This document shows positions 1 to 12,790 of a stretch of DNA of 64,000 nt, piece by piece. The notes beneath the pieces were generated by a model. It saw only the letters and a list, made by a program, of their open reading frames with translations, made no database searches and was not told where the DNA came from. The position numbers and the translations under genes are program-made. Source of the DNA: Octopus vulgaris (lineage: Eukaryota); NCBI GenBank assembly GCA_951406725.2, contig OX597819.1, positions 70,122,001 to 70,186,000 of the forward strand, given 5' to 3'. Numbering within the stretch: the first letter of the stretch is position 1; each line of letters begins with the position of its first letter.

Positions 1-2822
1 TGAAAATAAGGCAACAGTCATCACTCACTCTGCCTACCCTCTCCGTCATTTTTCTCTCTCTCTCTCACTCTTTCCATCATCATCATCATCATCAATATCA
101 TCACCATCATCATCATTTAACATCTGCTTTCCATGCTGGCATGGGATGGATGGTTTGAAAGGATCTGGCAAGCCAGAGGGTTGCACCAGGCTCCAATTAT
201 GCACTTTGGCATGTTTTCTACAGCTGGATGCCCTTCTCAGCACCAACCACTTTACAGAGTGTACAGGGGGCTTTGTACATGGCACCAGTACAGATGCTTT
301 TTGCATGGCACTAACAAAGGGCCATTTTTACACAGCATCAGAAGGGATGCTTTGTCCTTGTAAGGTTTTGAACTCTGTACAGGATAACTGATGAAATACT
401 CTGCTCCTCTGGTCGTTAACCCTTTAATAATCGCTTCCTAAGTTAGCAACAACAATTAAATGTCACGAATAAACACACAATATATGATGCATTCTCGGGG
501 TTTTCCTTTTACTTGTTTCATTCATAGGTATCTGACCATGCTGGGGCACTGCCTTGAAGAATTGTAGTTAAACAAATCAACTCCAGTATTTCCTCGTTTT
601 GTTTTTTTCAAAAAAGCCTAGTACTTATTCTGTTAATCTCTTTTGCTGAACTGCTAAATTAAAGGGATGTAAACACACCAACACCAGTTGTCAAGTGATG
701 GTGGAGAAACAAACACAGACACACGTAGACACACACACACACACACACATAATATAGGATGGGCCTCTTTCAGTTTCTCTCTACCAAATACACTCACAAG
801 GCTTTGGTCAACTCAAGGCTATAGTAGAAGGCACTTGCCCAAGGTGCCATGCAGTGGGACTGAACTCAGAACCATGTGGTTGGGAAACAAGCTTCTTACC
901 ACATAGCCAAGCCTGTGCCTTGAACTATTTTTTTTAACTATTGACCCTTTTTTCTTTACCAACACTTTGCCAATGACACCTGACTGTGATACAATGCTCT
1001 CTCAGCCCCATGGTTAAAGCACATACATGTAATATGAGGGGCCAGAGTAATTCAGTTCCTTGTACTAATTAAATAATTAGATGCAAGTGATTACTTACCA
1101 CAGAATCATGTTATTATAAACATACATGATACATACTCTTCTATTTATTTCAGTTATTGGACTGAGGTCAGGCTGGAGCACAGTGTTATAGGCAGAATCT
1201 GACTGATCACTGTCTACTTCTATCACAGATCAATCCATGATAAACCATTAAGCACAATGTGTTATCCAAGATATATGTGTTATCCAATGATAAATGAACC
1301 AGTGTTAAAAGAGGCTTCATGTATTTCAATAGGAGACAGACTTGAACTGTATAGATGCATGTGTTGGACTCTTCAGCCATGACCACCACCACTACCAATC
1401 CCTTTCTCCCCAAGACTAATACAGAAATTTTCCACCACCCACTTTCAGAATGGTTATTGGTATAACTTGATAGTTTAGTTTAAACACATGACAAGTCTAG
1501 GTTTGGAAAGCCAAGCTTTGTTAAATGTCACCAAATGTAAAGAGGCTTAGCCTGAATTTGTTATGTATTGTGTGTGAAGGTACAATGACTCTGAGCTAAA
1601 GGTGCCGGGTAACTGAGTGCACAGGTGCAGGCATGGTCGTGTGGTTAAAGAAGTTTTCTTCCCAACCACATGGTTTCAAGATCAATCTTACTCACGAGCA
1701 CCTTGGGAGGGTATCTTTGTACTAGCCCCACCAGGATGACTAAAGCTTTGTGAGTGGATTTGACAGACAGAAACTGAAAGAAGCTTGTTGTTTGTGTATG
1801 TGTGTGGGAGTTTCTTAGTTATGATATCGAGTGGTAGTTGTAATTGAGTACCATTGTCATACAAGCAGTGTCATTCATTTTCAATCTTCTGTGAAAATAT
1901 GTCCGGCTCTGGGGAAACATAACCTTGCTTGGAAACAGGTGAGGGTTAGCAACAGGAAGAATACCTGGCCATAGAGAATTTGCTTCAGTAAACACCATCC
2001 AACCCATAGAAACATAGAAAAGTGGATGTTGAAATAATAATAATAAAAATCCTTTCTACTATAGGCACAAGGCCTGAAATTTGGAGGGAAGGGACTAGTT
2101 GATTAGATGACCCCAGTACGCAACTGGTACTTAATTTATCAACCCCAAAAGGATGAAAGGCAAAGTTGACCTCAGTGGAATTTGAACTCAGAACGTAACG
2201 AAGGGCAAAATACCACTAAGCATTTCGCTTGGTGTGCTAATGACCCTGCCAGCTCACCACCTTTAAAATAATAACAATAATTCTTTCTACGGAAAGCAAA
2301 TTTGGAGGGAGAGGGCTAGTCGATTACATCGACCCCAGTGTTTCACTGGTACTTAATTTATCAACTTCAAAAGGCTGAAAGGCAAAGTTGACTTCAGTGG
2401 AATTTGAACTTGGAACGTAGTGGTGGGCGAAATTCCACTAAGCATTTTGCCCAGTGTGCTAACGACTCAACCATCTTGCCACCATCGAAATAATAATGAT
2501 AATGATGATGATGATGATAGTGATGGTGATGATGATATTTTTTAGTTCAAATCTGATAAGAACTATTGTCCGTTTCATATGAGCAAGGTAGATAGCTCTG
2601 CTTTTTCCAATTTAATTCTTCCATGACCAAATTTTTTATGGTTAGTTCAACATGCACCTACAGATGCAATTCTTGGGACACATCATCAGCACTGTATCCA
2701 GGGTTCACTGGATGTTTCGGCTCTTACGACATACACCTTCATACAGATGACCCAACTGAGATCAACAAAAACTAATCCCCGACCCCCACCAATCACCTCT
2801 TTTCAACCAGAACCATCTAGAT

Positions 2823-3023
2823 CAATGCTTCTCAACTTTTTTTATATTTGAGCCAGACTCAAAACCTTTATTTTTGTAGGAGGGCCACCTCCACAAAAAA
2901 AAAGTAAAACTCAGGTCAATTAAAGAAAATTTGTGACATTTATAGAGGGAAGATTGTCAAGAGCCACCAGAAGGATGCTTGAGGGTCACATGGGTCCCTG
3001 GGAGCTGTAGCTGAAAACCACTG
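2823..3023. mobile_element. hAT MITE
   Basis: CAATGCTTCTCAAC / GCTGAAAACCACTG; TSD ATCTAGAT/GTCTAGAG. Confidence 0.75.
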
Positions 3024-3251
3024 GTCTAGAGGTTTTCTCAGCAGTCTTTATGTTGTCCTTGATGGCTCTTCTGCTCATTCCATTAATTCCAGGGTTCCAT
3101 ACACCTTTCTCAGAATATGACCAATGACCCTTCAACTGCCATCATCTGACTAACACCCTGTTTTCCACCCTTTCCACTTTTGTGGACTGAACCTGAAACC
3201 ATGTGGTTGGGAAGCAAACTTGTTAACCACACATCCATTTCTGCCCCTATA

Positions 3252-3476
3252 CAGTAATCCCTTGCCATATTGCAGTTCACCTATTGCAGTTTATCATTTA
3301 AGCTTACATTGATTCCTCTATGGTGTTGTTTTGCATTTATAATAAAATAAATATACACAAATTATAAAAATAATGTAAACAAATATGCAGTATAATACTG
3401 TTTCTACTTCGTGGATTTTCACCTCTCACGAGGGATTTTGGAACATAACACACCTGCGATAGACAAAGGATTACTA
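3252..3476. mobile_element. pogo/Tigger-like MITE
   Basis: TA-CAGTAATCCCTTG / CAAAGGATTACTA-TA. Confidence 0.7.
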
Positions 3477-3574
3477 TATTGTAGAAAAAAAAATTTCTAC
3501 AGGGCAAAAATAGTCTAGATTCTATGCATGTCACTGGCAAGACAAAAAAGAGAAAATGAAAAGAGAATGCCTAC

Positions 3575-3690
3575 CTTTTCGAGAGAACTGTCAGTATCGA
3601 TTTTCTCATTTTCATGGAAGTTTTTCAATTCAGGGCTAAATGATAGCGGCTGATCCTGAATGCCATCTCCTGTGTTAGGTCGGCTAGTGT
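3575..3690 (-). CDS. Internal coding exon of a host gene: (D)TSRPNTGDGIQDQPLSFSPELKNFHENEKIDTDSSLEK
   Basis: Unique non-repeat sequence; minus-strand acceptor ttgtctttcaatctctttcag, donor AAG|gtagg; 116 nt, only one open frame (phase 1 in, phase 0 out), compatible with exon 20320-20443. Confidence 0.75.
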
Positions 3691-3934
3691 CTGAAAGAGA
3701 TTGAAAGACAAAAAAAATTATTATCTTCATCATCATTGCCCCCATCATTGTTTTAATATCCACTTTTCCATGCTTCCATAAGTCAGACAGCATTTACTGA
3801 AACAGATTCTTCAAGGCTGGATGCCCTTCCTGTCACCAACTCTCATCTTTTCCCAAGCAAGGTAATATTGCAAAATGGCCAGACACGTTTCCATGGAAGA
3901 TTAGAAATGAATGACACAACTTGTATGTAGTGGC

Positions 3935-4493
3935 ACGCAAGCACCCGTGCTGGTGCTGCATATAAAGCACCCATGTTGGTGTCACATACACACACCCATG
4001 CTGGTTCCACATATAGAGCACCCATGCTGGTGCCACAAATAGAGCATCCGTATTGGTGTCACGTATAAAGCACCCATGCTGGTGCCATGCATAAAGCGCC
4101 CATGCTGGTACCACATATAGAGCATCCATGTTGGTGTCACGTATAAAGCACCCGTGCTGGTGTCACATACACACACCCATGCTGGTGCCATGTACAAAAA
4201 GTGTCCATACTGGCACCTCATAAAAAGAACCCATGCTGGCCCCACATATAAAGCACCCGTGCTGGTGTCACATAGAAAACACCTGTGCTGGTGCCACATA
4301 TAAAGCACCCATGCTGGCTCCACATATAAAGCACCTGTGCTGGTGTCACATAGAAAGCACCCGTGCTGGTTCCATATAGAAAGCACCCGTGCTGGTTCCA
4401 CATATAAAGCACCCATGCTGGTTCCACATATAAAGCATCCATGCTGGAGGCACATATACAGCACCCATGCTGGTGCCACATACAAAGCACCTG
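3935..4493. repeat. ~26-bp minisatellite AAAGCACCCATGCTGGTGCCACATAT, about 21 copies
   Basis: Visible periodicity; unit matches the RTE 3' UTR motif. Confidence 0.9.
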
Positions 4494-5875
4494 TAGGGGG
4501 TAATAGCTCCTTAAACCATTTCCACTTTATTCTTACTTCAGCACCTTACTATATTTTCAGAACCACCCAGTTCAAAAATTGAAAGCATAGTCTCATGATC
4601 ATAATGCCCTGACCTGACCACTAGTCAATAAACCTCCCCCTCTGCTATAATAAGCACTCAAAACACCTTAGCATAGAATTCCTTGGTCCACAGCACTTTA
4701 AGAAACACTGCCTATACTTCTACTACTAATACTACCACCTGCTCTGACACCATTTAGACAAAAATATCATTAAACTAAAATGGTCCTGAAGTACCATACT
4801 TGCAAGTTATTGCTTCATCCCTCCCGCCCTCTCTCTCTCTCTCTCATACACACACACACACACAAACATTATCATGTTACCTAGCAATGAAATACAGGTA
4901 CACAAATACAGATCTACAGGTTAAGCAGCTATAAAAAAGAATTTCTACCTTTTGTAAACAATACTTTCAAATATTGACATACAGGTGTGGCTGTATGGTG
5001 GGAAGCTTGCTTACCAACTACATCGCTCCAGGTTCAGTCCCACTGCATGGCACCTTGGGCAATTGTCTTCTACTATAGCCCCTGGCCAACCAAAGCTTTG
5101 TGAGTGGATTTGGTAGACGGAAACTGAAAGAAGCCCATCATATGTGTGTGTGTGTGTGTGTGTGAATATATATGAGGATATTGTTTGCAATATCAGCGGC
5201 TTAGCATGCATAAAAAAAAAAATAGCAATAGCTGCGTGGTAAGTAGCTTGCTTACCAACCATATGGCTCTGGGTTCAGTCCCACTGCATGGCAACTTTGG
5301 CAAGTGTCTTCTACTATAGCATCAGGCCAACCAAAGCTTTGTGAGAGGATTTGGTAGACGGAAACTGAAAGAAGCCAGTTGTGTGTATGTGTGTGTGTGT
5401 GTGCGCGTGTGTGTGTGTGTGTCTGTCTGTCTGTGTGTGTGTCTGTCTGTCTGTCTGTCTGTGTTTGTGCCTGTCTGTGTGTGTGTATGTCTGTGTTTGT
5501 CCCCCTACCATCGCTTGACAACCAATGTTGGTATGTTTATGTCCCCCATAACTTAGCGGTTCAGCAAAAGAGATGGATAGAATAAGTACTGGGCTTACAA
5601 AGAATAAGTCCTGGGATTGATTTGCTCAACTAAAGGCAGTGCTCCAGCATGGCCACAGTCAAATGACCGAAAAGAATAAAAGAATAATAATGAAGGGTAC
5701 TACAGGGTTTTAGTCGTACAATTTGACCCCTGGGGCATTATTCTTTGTAAGCCTAGTACTTATTCTATCAGTCTCTTTTGCTGGTCCACTAAGTTACGGG
5801 GGACATAAACACACCAACATCGGTTCTCAAGTGATGGTTGTGGGACAAACAAACACAAAGACACACTCATAAATA

Positions 5876-6080
5876 TATGTGAATGTGTGTGCGTGATAGA
5901 GAGATACTAAGTGATATTTTCATGGTTTGAAATCATTGTGATATGGGTATATCTGACTTTTCAATTTCTGATTTTTTTTTTTGTCATTGGTATGGTATCT
6001 TAGTGATATTATCTGTTGCTCCAACTTCATCTTTATATAAAAGTCAAAACTTGTGATTTTGAGTGGTTTTGGCTGCTATG

Positions 6081-6112
<32 letters not shown>

Positions 6113-6536
6113 TATACATATATATACATATATACATATACATATATATACATATACATACATATACATATATATACATATACATATATATACATATATA
6201 TACATATACATATATATACATATATATACATATACATATATATACATATATATACATATACATATATATACATATACATATATATACATATATATACATA
6301 TATATACATATACATATATATACATATACATAATATACATATATATACATATACATACATATATATACATATACATACATATACATACATATATATACAT
6401 ATACATACATATATATATACATATACATACATATATATACATATACATATACATACATATATATACATATACATACATATATATACATATACATACATAT
6501 ATATACATATACATATATATACATATACATACATAT

Positions 6537-6571
<35 letters not shown>

Positions 6572-6818
6572 TATACATATATATATACATATATATACAT
6601 ATATATATACATATATATATACATATATATACATATATATATACATATATATATACATATATATATATACATATATATACATATATATACATATATATAC
6701 ATATATATACATATATATACATATATATACACATATATATATATACATATATATACATATATATACATATATATACATATATATACATATACATATATAT
6801 ACATATATATACATATAC

Positions 6819-6849
<31 letters not shown>

Positions 6850-6858
6850 CATATATAC

Positions 6859-6889
<31 letters not shown>

Positions 6890-6960
6890 CATATATACAT
6901 ATATATACATATATACATATATATATATATATACATATATACATATATATACATATATAC

Positions 6961-6993
<33 letters not shown>

Positions 6994-7458
6994 CACACAT
7001 ATATATATATATACACACATATATATATATATACATATATACATATATATATATACATATATATATATACATATATATATATACATATATACATATATAT
7101 ATATATACATATATATATATACATATATACATATATATATATATACATATATATATATACATATATATATATACATATATACATATATATATATACATAT
7201 ATACATATATATATATACATATATATATATATACATATATACATATATACATATATATATATATACACACATATATATATACACACATATATATACACAC
7301 ATATATATACACACACACACATATATATATACACATATATATACACACATATATATATATACACACATATATATACATACACACATATATATATATACAC
7401 ACATATATATATATACACACATATATATACATACATATATATACATACACACATATAT

Positions 7459-7535
<77 letters not shown>

Positions 7536-7747
7536 TATATATACATAGCAGCCAAAACCACTCAAAATCACAAGTTTTGACTTTTATATAAAGATGAAGT
7601 TGGAGCAACAGATAATATCACTAAGATACCATACCAATGACAAAAAAAAAATCAGAAATTGAAAAGTCAGATATACCCATATCACAATGATTTCAAACCA
7701 TGAAAATATCACTTAGTATCTCTCTATCACGCACACACATTCACATA
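5876..7747. repeat. Near-perfect ~213-bp inverted repeat flanking a ~1.45-kb (TA/TACA)n array
   Basis: 5876-6089 is the reverse complement of 7535-7747 apart from T11 vs A10. Confidence 0.95.
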
Positions 7748-8006
7748 CACACACACACACACATTGTCATGTTAGTATCTTAGTATCTCCTCAGACATGT
7801 TGAGGAGATATTAAGCGATATTTTCACAAAGTTTGAGATCAGTGTGATACAAGTGTGTCTGATTTTTCAATTTTCAATTTTTTTTTAGTCATTGGTAGGG
7901 GGTCTTAGTGGTTTTGCCTGTTCCCAGGACTTCATCTTTGTGAAAATGTGGTTTTGAGTGGATCTGACTGCTATTTTAGCATGCTGTACTTCCTGTAACA
8001 CCCTTC

Positions 8007-8046
<40 letters not shown>

Positions 8047-8521
8047 TGTATGTATGTATATATGTATATATTTGTGTGTTTGTGTTTGTCTGTTCCACAA
8101 ACATCACTTGACAACCGATGTTGGCGTGTTTACATCCCCGTAACTTAGTGGTTCAGCAAAAGACACCGATAGAATAAGCACTGGGCTTACAAAGAATAAC
8201 GCCCCAGGGGTCAAAGTGTTTGACTAAAACCATTTAAGGTGGTGCTCCAGCATGGCCTGAGTCATATGACTGAAACAAGTAAAAGAATATAAGAATTTTT
8301 TGCTCTTATTTCTTCATCATATTGTGAATGAACAATACTAAATATTTTCCAATCTCCTCTTTTGGTATTGTTACTTTCTAGGTAATATTTTTCCAGTATT
8401 TTCATACTTCACACAAATATAATTTCTACATACAGTTTTGCAATACTAAAATATGTGCAGACGTGCTTTCAGAAGACACATAATATATATATATATATAT
8501 CTATATATATATATATATTTA

Positions 8522-8906
8522 TCTCTCTCTATATAAACGGCAGTTTGTCTGTGCGTGTTTCTGTGTGTCTGTTTTCTCGTACCCTCACCCTGACCACGGC
8601 TTTCAACCGATTCTGATGAAACTTGACACACACATAGCCCAATGTCATAATTCAAAACTAACGCAGCGAAAATTTTGAAAAGTTCCCCCAGTTCTGAAAA
8701 AAATCGATAAATTCGACATGGGGTCCAGAATCAGAAACCCAAACCACAGACCGTCTAGGGGACGCAACTCCACCTTTTTTAACTCTCAAAAAAAATTTAC
8801 CATCATTTTTTCCCCATTTTTTTGCTATTTTTTGGCTATAACTCTCTAAAAATGCTTTATAGTTATTTCCCTTACAAACCTGAGCAACGCCGGGCGATAC
8901 TGCTAG
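8522..8906 (+). mobile_element. Non-autonomous Helitron
   Basis: A|TC start, subterminal CCTGAGCAACGCCGGG hairpin, CTAG|T end, no TSD. Confidence 0.8.
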
Positions 8907-9670
8907 TATATATATATTTATATATGTCCATCTCCTGTGCTTCTGCCTTTAGGCTTTCACTTCATACACGCCAGCTCAATTTGATTCGTTCTCAGTCGAA
9001 AGACACCTGTTGTTATTTCTTCTTTGTATTTGTAATTGTGTACCATGTTCTCCATTTTTTAAAAAGCTTTGTTGCTGTACACATTCTCTAGCTTTCTTAT
9101 AAAGGGGTCTAATGCATTTACCTTAGACATTTTTGGGAGCAACCAGGTCAAACCATCTCAAGAGTAACTGCCCGAAATGGTCATGACTTCTGGAGCTTGA
9201 CTTAGGAAAGAATGCCAAGAATGACCTGTATTTTTTTTACCTGTCCTTCTAATTGTTGTTTCTCTTGTCTGCCTTTGTATTGTTTATCTGTCTGAATGTC
9301 CTCTATTGTGTTTTTGTTCCCATATATATATATATATTTATATATATATATACACACACAAACACACATATATATATATACACACACGTGATTGATGCCA
9401 GAGCCGCCTGACTGGTCTCGTGCTGGTGGCACATGGAAAGCACTATCTAAACGTGATCATCAGCAGGCCCACTTGACTGGCTCCTCTGCCAGTGACACGT
9501 AAAAAGCACCCCCTACACTTTCTGAGTGGTTGGCATTAGGAAGGGCATCCAGCTGTAGAAACCTTGCCAAATCAGATTGGAGCCAGGTGCAATCTCCACA
9601 CCTCAGTCAAACCATCCAATCTATGCCAGCATGGAAAACAGGTGTTAAACGATGATGATGATGATGATGT

Positions 9671-9728
<58 letters not shown>

Positions 9729-9804
9729 GTTAATTAATAAAACATATCAGAAAAACAGCATACTCTAAAGAAAAGAGCAGTAATTATTACAACAATAATT
9801 TTAG

Positions 9805-10194
9805 TACATTATTTAAATTTGACGGATATTTGTTCTCATCTTGTTTCGTGTTAACACAACGTTTCAGCTGATATACCCTCCAGCCTTCATCAGGTGTCTT
9901 GGAGAAATTTCAAACCTGGGTTCTCATTCCCACGGGCATATGGCATAGTGGTTAAGAGTGCAGGCTACTAACCCCAAGATTCTGAGTCCGATTTCAGGCA
10001 GTGACCTGAATAATGATAATAATAACATTGAAAAATACCTTGGGAATGAGAACCCAGGTCCGAAATTTCCCCAAGACACCTGATGAAGGCTGGAGGGTAT
10101 ATCAACCGAAACGCTGTGTTAACAACAAACAATATGTGGACAAATATCCGTCAAATGTAAATAACGTACATAATTCCTCATCTCTTAGATATAG
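9805..10194 (+). mobile_element. tRNA-headed, hammerhead-tailed SINE with 5' inverted copy of its 3' part (copy A)
   Basis: 9805-9930 is an inverted copy of about 10043-10172; A box TGGCATAGTGG and B-box-like GAGTCCGATTTC at about 9940-9995; (AAT)n linker; second hammerhead 10075-10120 with GTT>GCT. Confidence 0.8.
9853..9898 (-). ncRNA. Minimal type I hammerhead in tail of tRNA-headed element
   Basis: Minus strand: GACAC CTGATGA A GGCTG gagggtatat CAGCT GAAAC GTT GTGTT; palindrome AACGTT as stem III. Confidence 0.8.
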
Positions 10195-10364
10195 GTTTCA
10201 TATCCACAAAGCTGAAGATTTTTAAATGTTAAGATATAATCTCAATTTCTAAGCATTTCCTCACGTCTGCGACGTACAAATTTTAATCTTTTCTGTTTGT
10301 ATAGAGCTTGACAAGTTGTCCACAACGCTTTGTGGATACGTATGTCCAAAATGTAATCTTTTGT

Positions 10365-10402
<38 letters not shown>

Positions 10403-11309
10403 TGTGTATGTGTGTGTGTGTATACATACACATACACACACACACACATATGTAAAGAGAGAGTGAGAGTCACATTATACAACAATACATTCAATATTAT
10501 TCATAACAGACCAGCCAAGGACACACACTACTATCACAGTAACCAACTGCTATTTGTTTATGGAGGGATTTAAAAAAAAAGCCATGTTACGAAATAGTTT
10601 TAAACCAATGAAAGAATATAATCCTTTTGCAGATAATCTTAATCTCTGTTTGATTTATAGATTAACTAGTTTCAAAAAGAAGCTTTTATTAGTCTATTTT
10701 AAGGCATAAAAAGAAAGATAAAAAAATCAAAAACAGCAGAAATTATCTTAAAATATGTTGTCATGATCACTGTGAGTTAATTATGTTTACGAAAATAATA
10801 ATTTTGATGATAAAACCTCATGTAAGAACATGTGGTTTGTACAGCTAAAGGATGCTGGCTTCCAGCCTGATTGGATCTCATCCTCAACGTAATAGTCTAT
10901 ATATTGGATGAACACTTAGTCATTACATTACGTTTGCTTGAGCCAGTAAATCACCTCACCTTCTCCATTACCAGCCTCCCATCCTCCCCATGCACTACAC
11001 CTGCCTGTTTCTCCTCTCACCCTGCCTATCTTGCCCTTTTTATCTTTTGTCTCAGTCATTAGACTGTGGCCATGCTGGGGCACCGCCTCACAGAATCTTT
11101 AGTCAAATGAATCAGCCCCAGTACGTGTTTTTTTTTAACCAGGTACTTATTCTATTGGTCGGATGTAAACACACCAACACTGGTTGCAGAGCAGTGGTAG
11201 GGGAAAAACAGTCTCAAAAATACAGACACACACATGCACATATTTATCTATCTACATACATACATATAAGTATGTTATCTATAAACATATATATATTATC
11301 TATATACAT

Positions 11310-11362
<53 letters not shown>

Positions 11363-11382
11363 CTATATACATATATATATAC

Positions 11383-12521
11383 ATCATCATCATCATCGTT
11401 TAACGTCCGTTTTCCGCGCTAGCACGGGTTGGACGGTTTGACCGGGGTCTAGGAAGCCAGGGGCCGCTCCAGGCTCCAGTCTGATCTGGCAGAGTTTCTA
11501 CGGCTGGATGCCCTTCCTAACGCCAACCACTCCGCGAGTGGAGTGGGTGCTTTTTACGTGCCACCTGCACAGAGGCCGGGGGGTCCGGCATCGGTCACGA
11601 TCGGTTCGAGCTTTTCTAGAGTTGAGTTGGGGGGGGGTCCAGCTGAGAAAGGTTCCACCAGTGAAAAGAGAGGGAAAGATAGTGGGGGGTGCAGGTAATA
11701 TAGGGAAGCACCAGTGGGGAAGGTTGGGGTAAGGAGGAACGATGACAGGGAAGGGTTGGTGCAGGTTCGTAAGAAATAAAAACGTAGGATATCACGAGGC
11801 GGGGAGGGGACTGGAAGGAGATAGTCGGATTGAGGCAGTGACAGATTCAAAACAGGAGGTAACGTAAGATCAGTGGGGCGGTTGATGAGCTGCGGCGCTA
11901 GCAGCTTGTCTTGGTGGGGGAAGGGGTAGTACACAGTGAAAGCATGTGAGGAGGAGGAGTAGGAGGGAGAGACACACGTAATGGTGGTGGGGGAGGAGGA
12001 GGGAGGAGGGAATATCCGGTGTAGATGGTGAGAACAGTGTTCACCGGTATTGGTGGTGGTGGTGGTGGTGGTGGTGGTAGGAGGGCGGGGCATCGCCAAA
12101 TGGTGGAAAGATGGAATTAAGGATTGAAGGTAACCTTAAAGGGTTAAATTTCGTAGAGAAAGATAGGAAAAACAAAGCAAGTTACTGTATAGGTTCAGAC
12201 ATTTAACGGTAGTAACGAATGAGAGGTACGGAAGATAAATGAGATAAAATCTTTTTAACTTGCTGTGGACATCAGGCCGGAAGTTGAGTTGGAGAAGAAG
12301 GAAGTTTGAATTGGGGATTGTAATGGCGATTTTCGGGTTTGAGCAGAAGAAGAAGAAGAAGGCATCGCCAAATGGCGGAAAGATGGAATTAAGGATTGAA
12401 GGTAACCTTAAAGGGTTAAATTTCGTAGAGAAAGATAAGAAAAACAAAGCAAGTTACTGTATAGGTTCAGACATTTAACGGTAGTAATGAATGAGCAACG
12501 AATGAGAGGTACGGAAGATAA
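11383..12521 (-). mobile_element. Young non-autonomous RTE-tail element with internal ~150-bp direct repeat
   Basis: CpG-intact RTE 3' tail at 11383-11610 (matches 51821-52080); 12089-12240 repeated at 12361-12521. Confidence 0.6.
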
Positions 12522-12726
12522 AAATCGACAAACCAATGCTGGAGAGAGTGGAGGCAAACTTCCAAGAACTCCTTCAGAAATGTATCAATGAAAACGGACA
12601 CCACATGAAGGATGTTGGTTTCCACACTTGATTTTGACAAATGCTAATGCAATACAAACACATTGATGTCAATAAATTTGTTTTGTGAATTTTTCAAAAA
12701 CGTCCATACTCTCTGCCCCACCCTGT
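12522..12726 (+). mobile_element. Tc1/mariner 3' remnant
   Basis: Encodes ...LQKCINENGHHMKDV; ends CCCCACCCTG-TA. Confidence 0.6.
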
Positions 12727-12737
12727 ACACCCCCCTC

Positions 12738-12790
<53 letters not shown>

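Noticed and set aside
2701-2755. Minus-strand CTGTATGA...GCC GAAAC ATC motif
   Set aside because: Core box disrupted and stem II only about 3 bp; cannot be distinguished from chance
3935-4493. CRISPR-like periodic array
   Set aside because: Contiguous degenerate tandem units without unique spacers; eukaryotic context; no cas genes
6016-7608. 500-aa ORFs on both strands
   Set aside because: Translations of stop-free TA/TACA microsatellite; the identical termini come from the inverted repeat
7900-7942. Minus-strand GATGA-AGTCCTG-ggaa-CAGG-C-AAAAC hammerhead-like fragment
   Set aside because: Lacks CU of the first box, G of GAAA and a cleavage triplet; not supported in the younger arms
8605-8630. 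CTGATGA followed by AAC in the Helitron (also 50300-50320)
   Set aside because: No stem II between the boxes; not a hammerhead
9120-9322. Possible PLE remnant (GCCCGAAATGGTC)
   Set aside because: No CUGANGA box or stem I; too degenerate
9934-10006. Genuine tRNA gene
   Set aside because: Acceptor stem does not pair and there is no T-run terminator; it is a repeated SINE head
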